Of a DNA stretch of 64,000 nt, positions 10,361 to 21,078 are shown piece after piece; the stretch's first letter is position 1, and each line of letters starts with the position of its first letter. Under the pieces are notes generated by a model that made no database searches, was not told the origin of the DNA, and was given only the letters and a program-made list of their open reading frames with translations. The position numbers and the translations under genes are program-made. The DNA comes from Elainellaceae cyanobacterium (GTDB lineage: Bacteria; Cyanobacteriota; Cyanobacteriia; CAZCXK01): contig JBNPEG010000016.1 of the NCBI GenBank assembly GCA_051117555.1, positions 1-64,000 on the forward strand. Reading direction: 5' to 3'.

Positions 10361-10978
10361 TCAAGACGAGACGAGTACCTGACGATAGCGGGTTACGCCT
10401 TGAAGGAAATTGCGAAGTAACTGCTTGCCCGGCTGAGTCAAAATACTCTCTGGATGAAATTGGACTCCTTGAATGTGAGGATATTGACGATGCCGAACGC
10501 CCATGATAGTGCCATCGTCTACCCAACTTGTGATTTCAAGAACATCAGGGCAGGTTTGACGGTCAATTACCAAGCTGTGATATCGGGTGGCGGTGAATGG
10601 GGTCTCTATGCTCTCAAATACTCCCTGTCCGCCATGGTGGATTGCTGATGTCTTTCCGTGCATAAGTTCAGCCGCTGGAGAAATAGTTCCTCCGAAGGCT
10701 TGCCCGATGCACTGATGCCCCAGGCATACCCCAAAAATCGGATAGATTGAGCCGAGTTCTTGAACTATCTGGAGCGAAATGCCTGCATCGGTTGGATATC
10801 CGGGACCTGGGGAGATGACGATCCCATCTGGCTGAAGCATTTTTACGTGTTTAATTGAAATTTGATCATTGCGATAAACCTGAATATCCGATGCAACTGG
10901 AAATTCAGAGCCTAGTTCTCCTAGGTATTGAACCAAGTTATAGGTAAAGCTGTCATAGTTATCGATGACCAAGATCAT
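10361..10978 (-). CDS. trpG: Anthranilate/aminodeoxychorismate synthase component II (TrpG/PabA)
   Basis: IDNYDSFTYNL, SPGPG, GVCLGHQ, RYHSL, QFHPES. Confidence 0.9.
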   Translation of the reverse strand: MILVIDNYDSFTYNLVQYLGELGSEFPVASDIQVYRNDQISIKHVKMLQPDGIVISPGPGYPTDAGISLQIVQELGSIYPIFGVCLGHQCIGQAFGGTISPAAELMHGKTSAIHHGGQGVFESIETPFTATRYHSLVIDRQTCPDVLEITSWVDDGTIMGVRHRQYPHIQGVQFHPESILTQPGKQLLRNFLQGVTRYRQVLVSS

Positions 10979-11112
10979 AGGACTATCATCATGCAGGGTT
11001 GAATCCAGGTCTTAGTAAGAGCAATCTCTCTAAGTCCTTATGCTTTCCTATCCTAATGGGCATCTAAGATTTTGGCAGTAACGATAGGGGGCAATTGATA
11101 ACGCCTCAGCCG

Positions 11113-11598
11113 TCATAATGCGATGGATTGAATAACCTTAATCATCGGCGGCAATAGTAATGATCCTGCGACCAGTATCGACACCAAGGCTGATACCAAA
11201 ACCGCTCCAGCTGCGCAGTCTTTCGCAATCTTAGCCAGTTCGTGATAGGTCTGCCGGACGGTTAGATCGACAACTGATTCGAGGGCAGTGTTCAACAATT
11301 CCATCGTTAAAACAGCCCCGATCGTTAATCCGATAATGGCGATTTCAACGGCTGATAAATGCAAGGTGATACTTAGGGCGATCGCCACCGAACCCAATAT
11401 CACATGAATTCGAAAATTGCGTTGAGTATTAAACGCATAGATCAAGCCAGAGCAGGCATACCTGAAGCTGATGAAGAGATTAGAGGCAACTTTCCAAGAA
11501 AATTCTCGATTGGTGGGTTGCTTGTTATCAGCCTGGTCAATCTCAGAGGTGCTTGATGAGGTTTTTGTAGAGAGAGGTTGTGACATGAATTGAGTCAT
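11113..11598 (-). CDS. dgkA: Diacylglycerol/undecaprenol kinase (prokaryotic DgkA family)
   Basis: QRNFRIH, ELLNTALESVVD, AKIAKDCAAGAV. Confidence 0.9.
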   Translation of the reverse strand: MTQFMSQPLSTKTSSSTSEIDQADNKQPTNREFSWKVASNLFISFRYACSGLIYAFNTQRNFRIHVILGSVAIALSITLHLSAVEIAIIGLTIGAVLTMELLNTALESVVDLTVRQTYHELAKIAKDCAAGAVLVSALVSILVAGSLLLPPMIKVIQSIAL

Positions 11599-11832
11599 AG
11601 GGAATCACGAACGCTAGTTGAGCAATGCCCAAATGAATTTTAGTCTCTGTTTGTTAAATTACATAGCCTATTGGCAATAGCCCTTTTGCTATGAATCAAT
11701 CATTTCTGGGATAAATCGTAAGCGAAGTGATAGATGTTACAAATTGTTACTCTGTGGCCTTCGGTCTAGCTTAAACGAAAGAGGATGTTCAGAGTAAGAG
11801 GGTTGCAGAAAAATTATAGGGAGCGATCGCTT

Positions 11833-12402
11833 TCATAAAGTTAGACCCACAATCCGCAGAAGAGTTTCTTGCTGGGACACCATTTGGCTGAGGCTTTTTT
11901 CGTCTGGGTGATCCCATCCAAGCAGATGAAGTAATCCGTGGGATGCAAGCCAGGCCAACTCTACTCGGAGTGAATGTTGATGCTCATCCGCTTGACGCTG
12001 AGCCGTGTCTAGCGAAATAACCAGGTCTCCCAGATAGACAGGAAACATTTTCATATCGTCTATCTGAGGATAGTCACCCTCTAATGCCGCAAATGCTAAG
12101 ACATCGGTGGGCGCGTCGATATTGCGGTACTGAGCGTTGAGGGCCTGAATGTCAGCATCGTGGGTTAAGCGCAGGCTTAGCTCATACGACTGGATAGGGG
12201 AGTAATCGGGGTCGAGAGCATTAATCCATGCTTGAAACCATGCGTCCCACGTTGAGGATGAGACGGGAACGATGTCACTGCAAAATGGGGTTTCATTAAA
12301 TTCTGCGTCGGTTTCACCAGATTCTGCCTGAGTAGGGTCGCCTGGCTCAGTCCATTGAGTTTGAACTTCTACCTCGATCGAGTGCGATCGCTGATTCACC
12401 AT
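11833..12402 (-). CDS. ybeY: rRNA maturation endoribonuclease YbeY
   Basis: PTDVLAF, LGDLVIS, HGLLHLLGWDH. Confidence 0.93.
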   Translation of the reverse strand: MVNQRSHSIEVEVQTQWTEPGDPTQAESGETDAEFNETPFCSDIVPVSSSTWDAWFQAWINALDPDYSPIQSYELSLRLTHDADIQALNAQYRNIDAPTDVLAFAALEGDYPQIDDMKMFPVYLGDLVISLDTAQRQADEHQHSLRVELAWLASHGLLHLLGWDHPDEKSLSQMVSQQETLLRIVGLTL

Positions 12403-12407
12403 GCCAA

Positions 12408-12650
12408 CTACCGAGTTAGATAAGCTAAGCTGACTAGAATCGCGAGCAGCCCGAAGGCGGTTAGGAAAAAATGAAACACCGATTTTCCGCCTTTCCGCAC
12501 CATATTTCGCATCGCTAATTTAACAAAGCTTGGAGCGGGTTCTGAGAGCGATTTTGGAGTTGACGGGTCGCTATCTGTCTGATGAGTTTTAGGCGCGTCA
12601 GGCGGGACTGGGGTATTAGACGCGTCTTGGGTAGAAGATGAATGGGTCAT
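12408..12650 (-). CDS. DUF3285-type small membrane protein
   Basis: PSFVKLAMRNMVRKG...HFFLT plus C-terminal TM; upstream of ybeY. Confidence 0.8.
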   Translation of the reverse strand: MTHSSSTQDASNTPVPPDAPKTHQTDSDPSTPKSLSEPAPSFVKLAMRNMVRKGGKSVFHFFLTAFGLLAILVSLAYLTR

Positions 12651-12766
12651 AACCTAAAAAATTACGATCATCATTTGACAACGTACGTAGCTCACCCTGA
12701 CTACAGTGAGCGTGTAACATCATCGTAACAATTTGCCGCTCGTTATTAGCCTGACCACGGGGTGAC

Positions 12767-14026
12767 TCATAGAGATACCAGAGCTTTTCCTAAGGCATGA
12801 ACTGCGGTGTTGATGTCTGCTTCCGTGATAATGAGGGGCGGAACAAATCGCACGACCTGAGGACCTGCGGGTACCAGTAGTATCCCCTCTGCCATTGCTG
12901 CTTTGACAATATTGATTGATGTGAATTCGATGTCAGGCTTTAGCACTAAGCCATTAATGAGCCCCCAGCCTCGCACCTCAGAAATCAAATGAGGATGTTG
13001 CTGAGCGATCGCCCGTAGGCTGGTTCTGAGTTGTTCGCCGCGAGCGCGAACATTCGCTAGAATATCGTCGCGCTCTAATGTGTGGCATACAGCGAGAGCA
13101 ACGGCACACGCAAACGGATTACCGCCAAATGTGCTGGCGTGATCCCCCGGTTGAAAGACATCACAAGACGACTTGCACAGGAGAGCCCCAATCGGCACGC
13201 CGCCGCCCAAGCCTTTTGCAGAGGTGAAGACATCCGGTTCGATGCCTAGGTATTCATATCCCCAGTAGCGCCCACTTCGCCCCATGCCCACTTGAACTTC
13301 GTCCAGAATGAGTAGAATCCCTTTCTCATCACAGAGGTCACGAATTCGTTTGAAGTAGTCAGCATCGCCGGGACGAACCCCACCTTCGCCTTGAAGCGCT
13401 TCGAGCATAATGGCAGCCACTTGACGCTTGGGGTGATCGAGATGAGCGATCGCCTCTTCAATAGCACCAATATCGTTGTAGGGAACGGAATGAAATCCTG
13501 GTACGAGGGGATTAAAATTCTTCTGATACTTGGGCTGGCCTGTTGCAGTGATGGTTGCGAGAGTGCGCCCATGGAAACTAGCATTTGCTGTCAGAATGAC
13601 AGGATTCTCAATGTCCAAAACCGTATGAGCATATTTTCGAGCCAGTTTGATTGCGCCTTCATTGGCTTCAGCCCCCGAGTTACAGAAGAATGCCCGATCT
13701 GCACATGAATGGTCAATGAGCCACTGGGCTAGCGCTCCCTGTTCTGGTATGTAGTAAAGATTAGAAACATGATGAAGCTTTTGCATTTGCTGAGACACGG
13801 CTTCAATCATGACGGGATGAGCATGCCCTAGCGTGCATGTGGCAATGCCTGCTACAAGGTCGAGGTATTGGCGTCCTTCCGTATCCCAGACAGTGCATCC
13901 TGCCCCTCGCTCCAAAGCAATCGGAAAACGGGCATAGGTTGTCATGACAGACTGATCAAAATCTGCCTGACTGAAGGGTGACGCAGCAGCGGAGAATGGC
14001 AGAACGGCTTCTAGACTCACAGACAT
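12767..14026 (-). CDS. argD: Acetylornithine aminotransferase
   Basis: NSGAEANE, SFHGRT, DEVQVGMGR, SAKGLGGG; start moved to ATG 14026 (or GTG 14020) after a GAGGA SD. Confidence 0.9.
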   Translation of the reverse strand: MSVSLEAVLPFSAAASPFSQADFDQSVMTTYARFPIALERGAGCTVWDTEGRQYLDLVAGIATCTLGHAHPVMIEAVSQQMQKLHHVSNLYYIPEQGALAQWLIDHSCADRAFFCNSGAEANEGAIKLARKYAHTVLDIENPVILTANASFHGRTLATITATGQPKYQKNFNPLVPGFHSVPYNDIGAIEEAIAHLDHPKRQVAAIMLEALQGEGGVRPGDADYFKRIRDLCDEKGILLILDEVQVGMGRSGRYWGYEYLGIEPDVFTSAKGLGGGVPIGALLCKSSCDVFQPGDHASTFGGNPFACAVALAVCHTLERDDILANVRARGEQLRTSLRAIAQQHPHLISEVRGWGLINGLVLKPDIEFTSINIVKAAMAEGILLVPAGPQVVRFVPPLIITEADINTAVHALGKALVSL

Positions 14027-14445
14027 ATCCTCAACGCAATCAAGATATACAGATTCGGTATTGAATTTAGTGATTTTGAACGATGGAACTAGCGACAAGC
14101 ACACACCTTTACAGGTCTTACCTGATAGGCTCACGAAGCATCTCAATATAGCTTTTCGACACGTTTTAGGGAGGTGTTTTGCGACTTCAAATAATTTTAC
14201 GCTAGGTCTGATTGTAAGCCAGAATACTGTATACGACAGATCCCAGATTCAACGTTTCATAACTTTCGGAGATCTGAATCTAATGACTATCTAACGAATT
14301 TACAAATCAGCTTGACCATCGGCGTTGCTAAATCGGGTATGACTCGCCAGCAGGCATTTCTGTGGAAGGGGCGGTTTCGTCAAAAGGGCGTCGCTACAGA
14401 CTGTCGCCTGACTATAGGTTCTGAGGATAAATGATTAATGATTGA

Positions 14446-15318
14446 TTACAGATAATTACGGAGTAACAGTTCTAGCTTGTCTCGGCTAGCAGACGGCACC
14501 GTATCGAGCGGAGTCAGGATGGCGTACTTGAGAGCGGAATGAGCGTCTGAAGTCGGTGGATTTTGGCTTAATCGACGAACGGTTTCGCGAATAACCTGCT
14601 GAGCATTGGACGCGTTTTTCAACAAGTTGCCAATCACCATTTCAACCGTGACGCTGTCGTGATCAGGATGCCAACAGTCATAGTCAGTCACTAATGCAAG
14701 CGTTGCATAGGCAATTTCGGCTTCGCGGGCGAGTTTTGCCTCGGGTAGATTCGTCATCCCGACTACAGTTGCGCCCCAGCTTCGATACAGTTTTGACTCT
14801 GCCTTTGTGGAGAATGCAGGACCTTCCATGCAAACGTAGGTGCCTCCGCGATGGAGCGTTACATCTGGAAGGGGCAGACTGGCGATCGCCTCTGCCAGAA
14901 CACCTGCTAGATTCATGCAAACGGGATCATCAAATCCAATGTGCGCGACAATCCCGTCACCAAAAAATGTGGAGACCCGGTTCTTTGTGCGATCGATAAA
15001 CTGATCGGGGATCACCATATCGACAGGTTTTACCAATTCTTGAAGCGAACCAACCGCTGATGCGGAAATCAGATAGTCTACGCCCAAATATTTCATAGCG
15101 TAGATATTGGCTCGAAAGGGCAGATCCGATGGCAGCAAATGATGATTGCGCCCGTGTCGTGCCAAAAACGCAACGCGAGTTCCATCGAGTGTGCCGACAA
15201 TCAGTGCGTCGGAAGGAGCACCAAATGGAGTCTCAACTCGAACCTCTTCTACGTCTTTGAGAGCCTCCATATTGTAGAGGCCACTTCCTCCAATGATTCC
15301 AATCTTGACTGGCTCCAT
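14446..15318 (-). CDS. mtnP: S-methyl-5'-thioadenosine phosphorylase
   Basis: [45 protein letters not shown]. Confidence 0.95.
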   Translation of the reverse strand: MEPVKIGIIGGSGLYNMEALKDVEEVRVETPFGAPSDALIVGTLDGTRVAFLARHGRNHHLLPSDLPFRANIYAMKYLGVDYLISASAVGSLQELVKPVDMVIPDQFIDRTKNRVSTFFGDGIVAHIGFDDPVCMNLAGVLAEAIASLPLPDVTLHRGGTYVCMEGPAFSTKAESKLYRSWGATVVGMTNLPEAKLAREAEIAYATLALVTDYDCWHPDHDSVTVEMVIGNLLKNASNAQQVIRETVRRLSQNPPTSDAHSALKYAILTPLDTVPSASRDKLELLLRNYL

Positions 15319-15426
15319 AGCGCGATTCCCATCGGGCGTGCAGTGACACCATATCCTAGCACCTGAATCATGGCGACGGTTGATGATGGTGGGGAGATAC
15401 CCTGAAATGGATGCAATTAGCGTCTC

Positions 15427-16092
15427 TCAAGTTGGGAGCCAGCGCCAGTTATATCGATTCCATTCGTATATGCCTTGAATCTCGTATTCGAGGCCGCTGT
15501 CAAAGCGAATAGTGCAGCTTGTATAGCAGCTATAGGCTTGAGAGCCTGACCGAGTATCGTCGGACTGTTGCTTAATACCGACTACCTGACACGGAATCCA
15601 TTCTCGGCTACAAGGCCCCGCCTCTTGCACCCATTCCCACAAGCTATTCGACACTTCGATGCGATCGCCCACGCCGAGCATGAACGAGGCTTCATCAGAA
15701 TAGTGCTCAATGTGATACGGCTGCACTCGTTCAAGCCACTGGGGGCCATAATTTTCTCGAATAAATTGAACTGAACCAGATTCCCGTCCTTCCAACCAAT
15801 CATTGAGTAGCTGGGTTTTCCAAGGGAGATCTTTCTGATTTTGATGCTGGATATATTGCAAGAGCGATCGCCGCTGGTCAGGAGATAGTTCATCGAGGGG
15901 GTTGACTATATCAGCATCTGCCTCTGATGCATCAGGGGGAAGCGTAGCAGATGTGGAATCAGTGCGATCGCGCATTAAGCCTATCATTGCATCAGTAATA
16001 ACCTGCTTTTGGGTGGGGTTGAGAGCATATCCCAGCGACTCACATTGGTTAAACGCTGTTCTTAAAGCAACTTCAATATCAACTGGTGTCAT
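15427..16092 (-). CDS. Hypothetical protein
   Basis: 221-aa ORF with protein-like composition; Trp-rich C-terminal beta-rich domain. Confidence 0.7.
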   Translation of the reverse strand: MTPVDIEVALRTAFNQCESLGYALNPTQKQVITDAMIGLMRDRTDSTSATLPPDASEADADIVNPLDELSPDQRRSLLQYIQHQNQKDLPWKTQLLNDWLEGRESGSVQFIRENYGPQWLERVQPYHIEHYSDEASFMLGVGDRIEVSNSLWEWVQEAGPCSREWIPCQVVGIKQQSDDTRSGSQAYSCYTSCTIRFDSGLEYEIQGIYEWNRYNWRWLPT

Positions 16093-16400
16093 GACTACGG
16101 GTGCGGGTAATTAGTAATCTCAGGTGCTTAGTAAGATACTAAATAAATTGCTAAAGGCTCGTAGAAGCTGGCTTTCAGCAACATCAAGGCACCGATTTGA
16201 CTGAGCGATGTCTAGAATAATTTAGATTAGCATTTACAGACTTGCGTTAAAGTCTATTCAGCGATTCGACCCCATTCACGATAATCTGAGTAGTGGAACT
16301 GGATGCAAAACTATTGGGAAAACCAATACTTTCCGAGGCCCCCCAGTGGTTTAGTAGTCATCTAGTCTGAGGATTGTAAGAAGTTTGGCACGCAAGGACT

Positions 16401-16847
16401 ATGAAGAGATTCACGCATGTTCGGTTTTGGATGGCTAGTATCCTCTGCTGTTGCCTATGGCTGATGAGCGGGTTTTGGACTCCTCCCGCCCTTGCGTTGA
16501 CCCAAATTAAGCTGTTTGACGTGGGGTATAAAGATTGTCCCGCTGATTTATCTGAAGGAGTCGTTACAGCAGGGGGCTCTAGTATGGATGCAAACTGCTT
16601 TATCGTTTACGGCAAAGCTGAAAATGCTTCAGGAAAGCCTGTTCTCAACGCAGATGTATTTGGGCGGATTTATGACGCCAATCATAATCCGGTCATGCAA
16701 AATCGCACACGAGTCGGATCAATCGACGAAGTCCCTCCTGGAACCAGCGATTTTGAAATCAGAATCAGCGTTCCGGCTAATCAGGCAACCCCTCTCCAGT
16801 TAGAGCAGTTCAAAGCATCTGGATTTACGGGTAGGGTTCGCCGCTAG
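16401..16847 (+). CDS. Exported hypothetical protein (probable Ig-like fold)
   Basis: Signal peptide ending PPALA, two Cys in mature part, NADVFGRIYDAN motif. Confidence 0.7.
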   Translation: MKRFTHVRFWMASILCCCLWLMSGFWTPPALALTQIKLFDVGYKDCPADLSEGVVTAGGSSMDANCFIVYGKAENASGKPVLNADVFGRIYDANHNPVMQNRTRVGSIDEVPPGTSDFEIRISVPANQATPLQLEQFKASGFTGRVRR

Positions 16848-16975
16848 CGACTATGAAGATTCGGTACGCTTTTCGATCTGACACTGACTTTGAAAAGCTC
16901 GCCGAGAGACCAGCGCAAGAATTTTAAGAAATCCAGTGTTCATCGGGTCGGGGACGAGAAAAACTAAAGATTTCT

Positions 16976-17003
16976 AGGGACATAGCCAGGCTGTGTCCCT
17001 TTT
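16976..17003 (+). terminator. Hairpin terminator
   Basis: AGGGACATAGC-CAG-GCTGTGTCCCT then TTT, between convergent genes. Confidence 0.6.
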
Positions 17004-17144
17004 CGTTGTTGTTTCCCATTCACCTTTTGCTGATATCAATTAGCGCACTCGTTAAATCTTTGGATGGTTAAATCATCCGGCTACGCTGAATCAATTGCTA
17101 GATGTGCCTAGAAAGGTTTTACTCTATGTTTTATTTAACCGAGA

Positions 17145-17432
17145 TTAGTAATACGGATAGGCAGAGACTGCGACGCTAGAAAACGCCTGTGCTACAAACT
17201 GAAGCAGAAAAATTGCCAAAATTGGTGAAAAATCAATTCCACCGAGGGGAGGAATAAACGATCGGAAGATATTTAAATAGGGGTCGGTTAGCTGACTCAG
17301 TGTCGCAAACGGTTGGTTCATCCAGTTGACGTTGGGGAACCAGCTCAACAAAATACGAATAATGAGTAGGGCAAAGTAAATATTTAGGAAGGTTGCGAGT
17401 GAGCTTGCAATTAGACCGATGGGATTAGCCAT
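17145..17432 (-). CDS. YggT/YlmG (Ycf19) family membrane protein
   Basis: RILLSWFPN, TDPYLNIFR..IPPLGGIDFSPI. Confidence 0.92.
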   Translation of the reverse strand: MANPIGLIASSLATFLNIYFALLIIRILLSWFPNVNWMNQPFATLSQLTDPYLNIFRSFIPPLGGIDFSPILAIFLLQFVAQAFSSVAVSAYPYY

Positions 17433-17636
17433 GATGATTTCGATGTCCTTACTTCAGAGCTAAGGGGTTAAATCTCTTGAACCTAGTCTAACCGATACTA
17501 GTAGACTGCAAATTGGTCAAGAATGGTCGAATTCGACAATTTTTAAGATGATTCGAGTAATGAATTAAGATCCGAGTAATGAATTAAACTGTTGCGACAC
17601 GTTCGTACCGTTTATTTCAAATAGTTTACGCCAGAT

Positions 17637-17969
17637 TTAGGAATCTTGAGATAGAGTCTGTTCACCCTCATCGGCGGGCGGGTTGCCATTGACACCGCCC
17701 AAGCGTTGGCGAACGTCATCGATCGCCTCGTTAAGTTGGGCAATTTTATCTTCAAGTCCTCGACGGGCTGATTCGATGCTTCGGTCGTTCGTGGCATTGA
17801 GCGATCGCTTGTCGTCTGGTTTTCCCTCTAAGGATGCAGACTCATCACCCTCAGACGGATTTTGAGCAAACCGGGATGTGACCAGTACTCCCACAATTCC
17901 GCCTACAACTCCGCCAACAGCCGTCCCAAGCAAAAAGCCACTTAAAAAATTATCTTGTTGACTCATCAC
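17637..17969 (-). CDS. Hypothetical protein (Gly-rich TM plus coiled coil)
   Basis: GFLLGTAVGGVVGG TM; ARRGLEDKIAQLNEAIDDVR; sits between upp and yggT. Confidence 0.8.
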   Translation of the reverse strand: MMSQQDNFLSGFLLGTAVGGVVGGIVGVLVTSRFAQNPSEGDESASLEGKPDDKRSLNATNDRSIESARRGLEDKIAQLNEAIDDVRQRLGGVNGNPPADEGEQTLSQDS

Positions 17970-18210
17970 AACCCTTTCAATGTGCGTAACGTTTTGAAGG
18001 CAACTCAGTTTGAAGGCAACTCAGTTGTTAGAACTCATAAATTACTCGCAAATCAAACCAAATTGATGGATGCTCTATGGGGTACACCATCAGAGACGCT
18101 TACTCTACCTTACAAGGGTTGGGGGATGTTCCCAATAGTCATCGCATTTCCTTAAACGATCCGAAAACGATCCAATTGACTGGGGCTTTACTCTGCGATG
18201 ACCGACTTTC

Positions 18211-18861
18211 TTATGTACCAAACGTGCGATCGCCCGCATCGCCAAGCCCTGGAACAATAAATCCTTTCTCATTGAGTCCTTCATCAATAGTGGCAGCATA
18301 AATGCTCAGTGCCGGATACGTTTCACCTATTTTCTGTAACGCAGCGGGAGCTGTTACCACTGAAATAATGCGAATAAGCGCTGGATCGATGCCTCGCTTG
18401 ACGAGCTCATTAAGAACTACCATAATACTCCCCCCGGTCGCCAGCATCGGCTCACTGATCAAGAGTCGAGTATTGGGGTTAAATTCGTCGGGAAATTTAT
18501 TGAGATAGCAGCTCGGCTCTAGCGTTTCCTCATCGCGGACTAGGCCGATATGATAAATCGATGCTAGAGGGAGCAGCGCTTGGGCACCGTCTAGTAGGGC
18601 TAGCCCAGCTCTCAAAACTGGCACAATCGCGATTGGAATTTCTGGGTTGATAAACGTGGCAGGACATCCTGATAAAGGAGTCTGGACGCTTGTCTCCATG
18701 ATGGGTAACCAGTCTCGAATTGCCTCATACGTTAGCCACCGACCTAGTTCAGTCATGGCGCTTCTGAACAACATAGACGGGGTAGATTCGTCGCGAGCGA
18801 CTGCAAGCCAGTGCTTGATTAGTGGATGGGGGGGGACGTATACACGAAGTTGGAGAGCCAT
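18211..18861 (-). CDS. upp: Uracil phosphoribosyltransferase
   Basis: HPLIKH, PVLRAG, PMLATGGS, IVPGLGDAGDRTFGT. Confidence 0.96.
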   Translation of the reverse strand: MALQLRVYVPPHPLIKHWLAVARDESTPSMLFRSAMTELGRWLTYEAIRDWLPIMETSVQTPLSGCPATFINPEIPIAIVPVLRAGLALLDGAQALLPLASIYHIGLVRDEETLEPSCYLNKFPDEFNPNTRLLISEPMLATGGSIMVVLNELVKRGIDPALIRIISVVTAPAALQKIGETYPALSIYAATIDEGLNEKGFIVPGLGDAGDRTFGT

Positions 18862-19063
18862 GATTGAGCCAGTCTACAACATGAGCAGTTTGAATAAATC
18901 TGCATCATCATACTTCGTTCCCGGCTAGGAGATGCAACTTATCAACGAATTTCTCGATGATTTCTACCCGAAATCCACCCGAAATCTGAAGTCAACTCAA
19001 GCGAATATCTAGAAAACGTGCGATCGCCCCTAAATCATTCCTAAACCTCTCATCAGTTTACTG

Positions 19064-19111
19064 AAAATAATTGTCATTAGTGTTGACATAGATTCTCAAC
19101 AAGGATACAGT
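19064..19111 (+). promoter_or_regulatory. isaR1 promoter with putative Fur-type sites
   Basis: TTGACA (19083-88), 17-bp spacer, TACAGT (19106-11); AT-rich AAAATAATTGTCATT and ATAGATTCTCAA flanking the -35. Confidence 0.65.
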
Positions 19112-19116
19112 TGATT

Positions 19117-19179
19117 GCAGTGTTCTCCTCTCGAAGGATCGGCAAATGGGGTTGGTCAGCAGACTGATCCCCTTTTTTT
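19117..19179 (+). ncRNA. isaR1: Iron-stress activated sRNA IsaR1
   Basis: CAGTGTTCTCCTCTCGAAGGATCGGCA 5' part as I recall for IsaR1; GGGGTTGGTC/GACTGATCCCC terminator plus T7; upp/crtH synteny. Confidence 0.88.
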
Positions 19180-19281
19180 GCGCCGATTGGGTGATTATCC
19201 CTCTACAGTACGCAAAGCAAAATCAGGTCAGATACACTGACAAGGTGAACCCTTTTGCTCTAGTTCTTAAAATTTGCGTGT

Positions 19282-20850
19282 ATGGCTGCCGTTTCCAATT
19301 CTGCTTCAATCTCGTCTGTCGCCTCATCTCTTCAGACCCCTGATCCTGCATCGGCGGCATCTGAATTTGATGCCATCATCATCGGGTCGGGAATCGGTGG
19401 GCTAGTCACGGCAACTCAACTAGCAGCAAAAGGGGCGAGCGTTTTGGTCTTGGAGCGCTACCTCATTCCGGGCGGCAGTTCGGGGTATTTTGAGCGAGGA
19501 GGCTATCGCTTTGATGTGGGCGCATCGATGATTTTTGGGTTTGGCGATCGCGGCACGACTAATCTTTTGACCCGCGCCCTTGATGCAGTCAATGTCAGCT
19601 TAGACACCATTCCTGACCCGGTTCAGATTCATTATCATCTCCCCGATCGCTTAGACCTCAAAGTGCATCGCGATTATGAAAAATTTTTGCAAGAATTGAG
19701 TCAGCATTTTCCCCATGAGCGACGGGGGATTCGGCAGTTTTACGATGAATGCTGGACGGTGTTTAACTGCCTCAATTCGATGGAACTTCTGTCACTGGAA
19801 GAACCCCGCTATCTGACACGGGTTTTCTTCCAGCATCCGTTTTCGTGTTTGGGGTTAGTGCGATATTTGCCGCAAAATGCGGGTGAGGTCGCACGTCGCC
19901 ACATTCAAGACCCGGCACTGCTCAAATTTATTGATATGGAGTGCTATTGCTGGTCGGTGGTTCCTGCCGATTTGACCCCCATGATTAATGCCGGGATGGT
20001 CTTTAGCGATCGCCATTATGGCGGCATCAACTATCCCAAAGGGGGAGTGGGTCAGATTGCGCTAAAGCTAGCAGAGGGATTAGAAAAAGCGGGGGGACAG
20101 ATTCAGTACAGAGCCAGAGTCACAGAAATTTTGCGCGATCGCGGCAAAGCGACCGGGGTTCGATTGGCATCCGGAAAAATATATCGAGCCAAACGCATTG
20201 TTTCAAACGCGACGCGATGGGATACGTTCGATAAACTCCTGCCGCAAGACGAGTTGCCTCGTGCTGAGCGAAAGTGGCGACACCGGTATAAAAAATCTCC
20301 TAGTTTCTTTAGCCTGCATCTAGGGATCAAATCCGATGTATTGCCTCTGGGAACTGAGTGTCACCATATTTTGTTAGAAGATTGGAATCGCATGGAGGAG
20401 GCAGAAGGAACACTTTTCGTTTCGATTCCAACTTTGCTCGATCCAGAGTTAGCACCCCCTGGGCATCACATTATCCATGCCTTTACCCCGAGTTGGATAG
20501 ACGACTGGCAAGGTCTGGCATCGAGCGACTATAACGCCCGTAAAGAGGAGGTAGCGGCTCGACTGATTCAACGACTCGAAGCCATTTCCCCAGGGCTGAC
20601 TGATGCAATTGATTTTCAAGAAGCGGGTACGCCTCGCACCCATCGACGCTTTTTGGGCCGAAACGACGGCACCTATGGCCCCATCCCTAGTCGTCGGCTC
20701 CGGGGTTTGCTCGGCATGCCGTTCAACCAAACGTCGATTCCGGGTTTATATTGCGTAGGGGATAGCACGTTTCCTGGTCAAGGACTGAATGCTGTGGCGT
20801 TTTCAGGATTTGCGTGTGCCCATCGAGTCGCAGTTGATTTGGGGCTGTAG
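19282..20850 (+). CDS. crtH: Carotenoid (prolycopene) isomerase
   Basis: GSGIGGL FAD motif, [29 protein letters not shown]. Confidence 0.93.
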   Translation: MAAVSNSASISSVASSLQTPDPASAASEFDAIIIGSGIGGLVTATQLAAKGASVLVLERYLIPGGSSGYFERGGYRFDVGASMIFGFGDRGTTNLLTRALDAVNVSLDTIPDPVQIHYHLPDRLDLKVHRDYEKFLQELSQHFPHERRGIRQFYDECWTVFNCLNSMELLSLEEPRYLTRVFFQHPFSCLGLVRYLPQNAGEVARRHIQDPALLKFIDMECYCWSVVPADLTPMINAGMVFSDRHYGGINYPKGGVGQIALKLAEGLEKAGGQIQYRARVTEILRDRGKATGVRLASGKIYRAKRIVSNATRWDTFDKLLPQDELPRAERKWRHRYKKSPSFFSLHLGIKSDVLPLGTECHHILLEDWNRMEEAEGTLFVSIPTLLDPELAPPGHHIIHAFTPSWIDDWQGLASSDYNARKEEVAARLIQRLEAISPGLTDAIDFQEAGTPRTHRRFLGRNDGTYGPIPSRRLRGLLGMPFNQTSIPGLYCVGDSTFPGQGLNAVAFSGFACAHRVAVDLGL

Positions 20851-20894
20851 GAGGCTATGCGAATAAGCGGGAGTATTCGGGATTGTGTGTAATT

Positions 20895-21000
20895 AAGTAC
20901 GTTTGCCCTGGCAATGCGGAGCGTAACGTCTCGGCGACCCTACAGGTAAGGAACATGCGACCGAGGACGGTCGCACTGACACGAAAACCTAAACGCTCTC
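20895..21000 (+). repeat. Dispersed repeat family D, copy 1
   Basis: Near-identical to 25768-25869 (CGTTTGCCCTGGCAATGCGGAGC...CACGAAAACCTAAACGCTCTC). Confidence 0.8.
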
Positions 21001-21078
21001 AATAAGCCAGGTCGAATAAGCGATCGCGATCGCCAGGAATGATATTAATTTAGGGGCGCTAGATCTGGGAGATTAATC

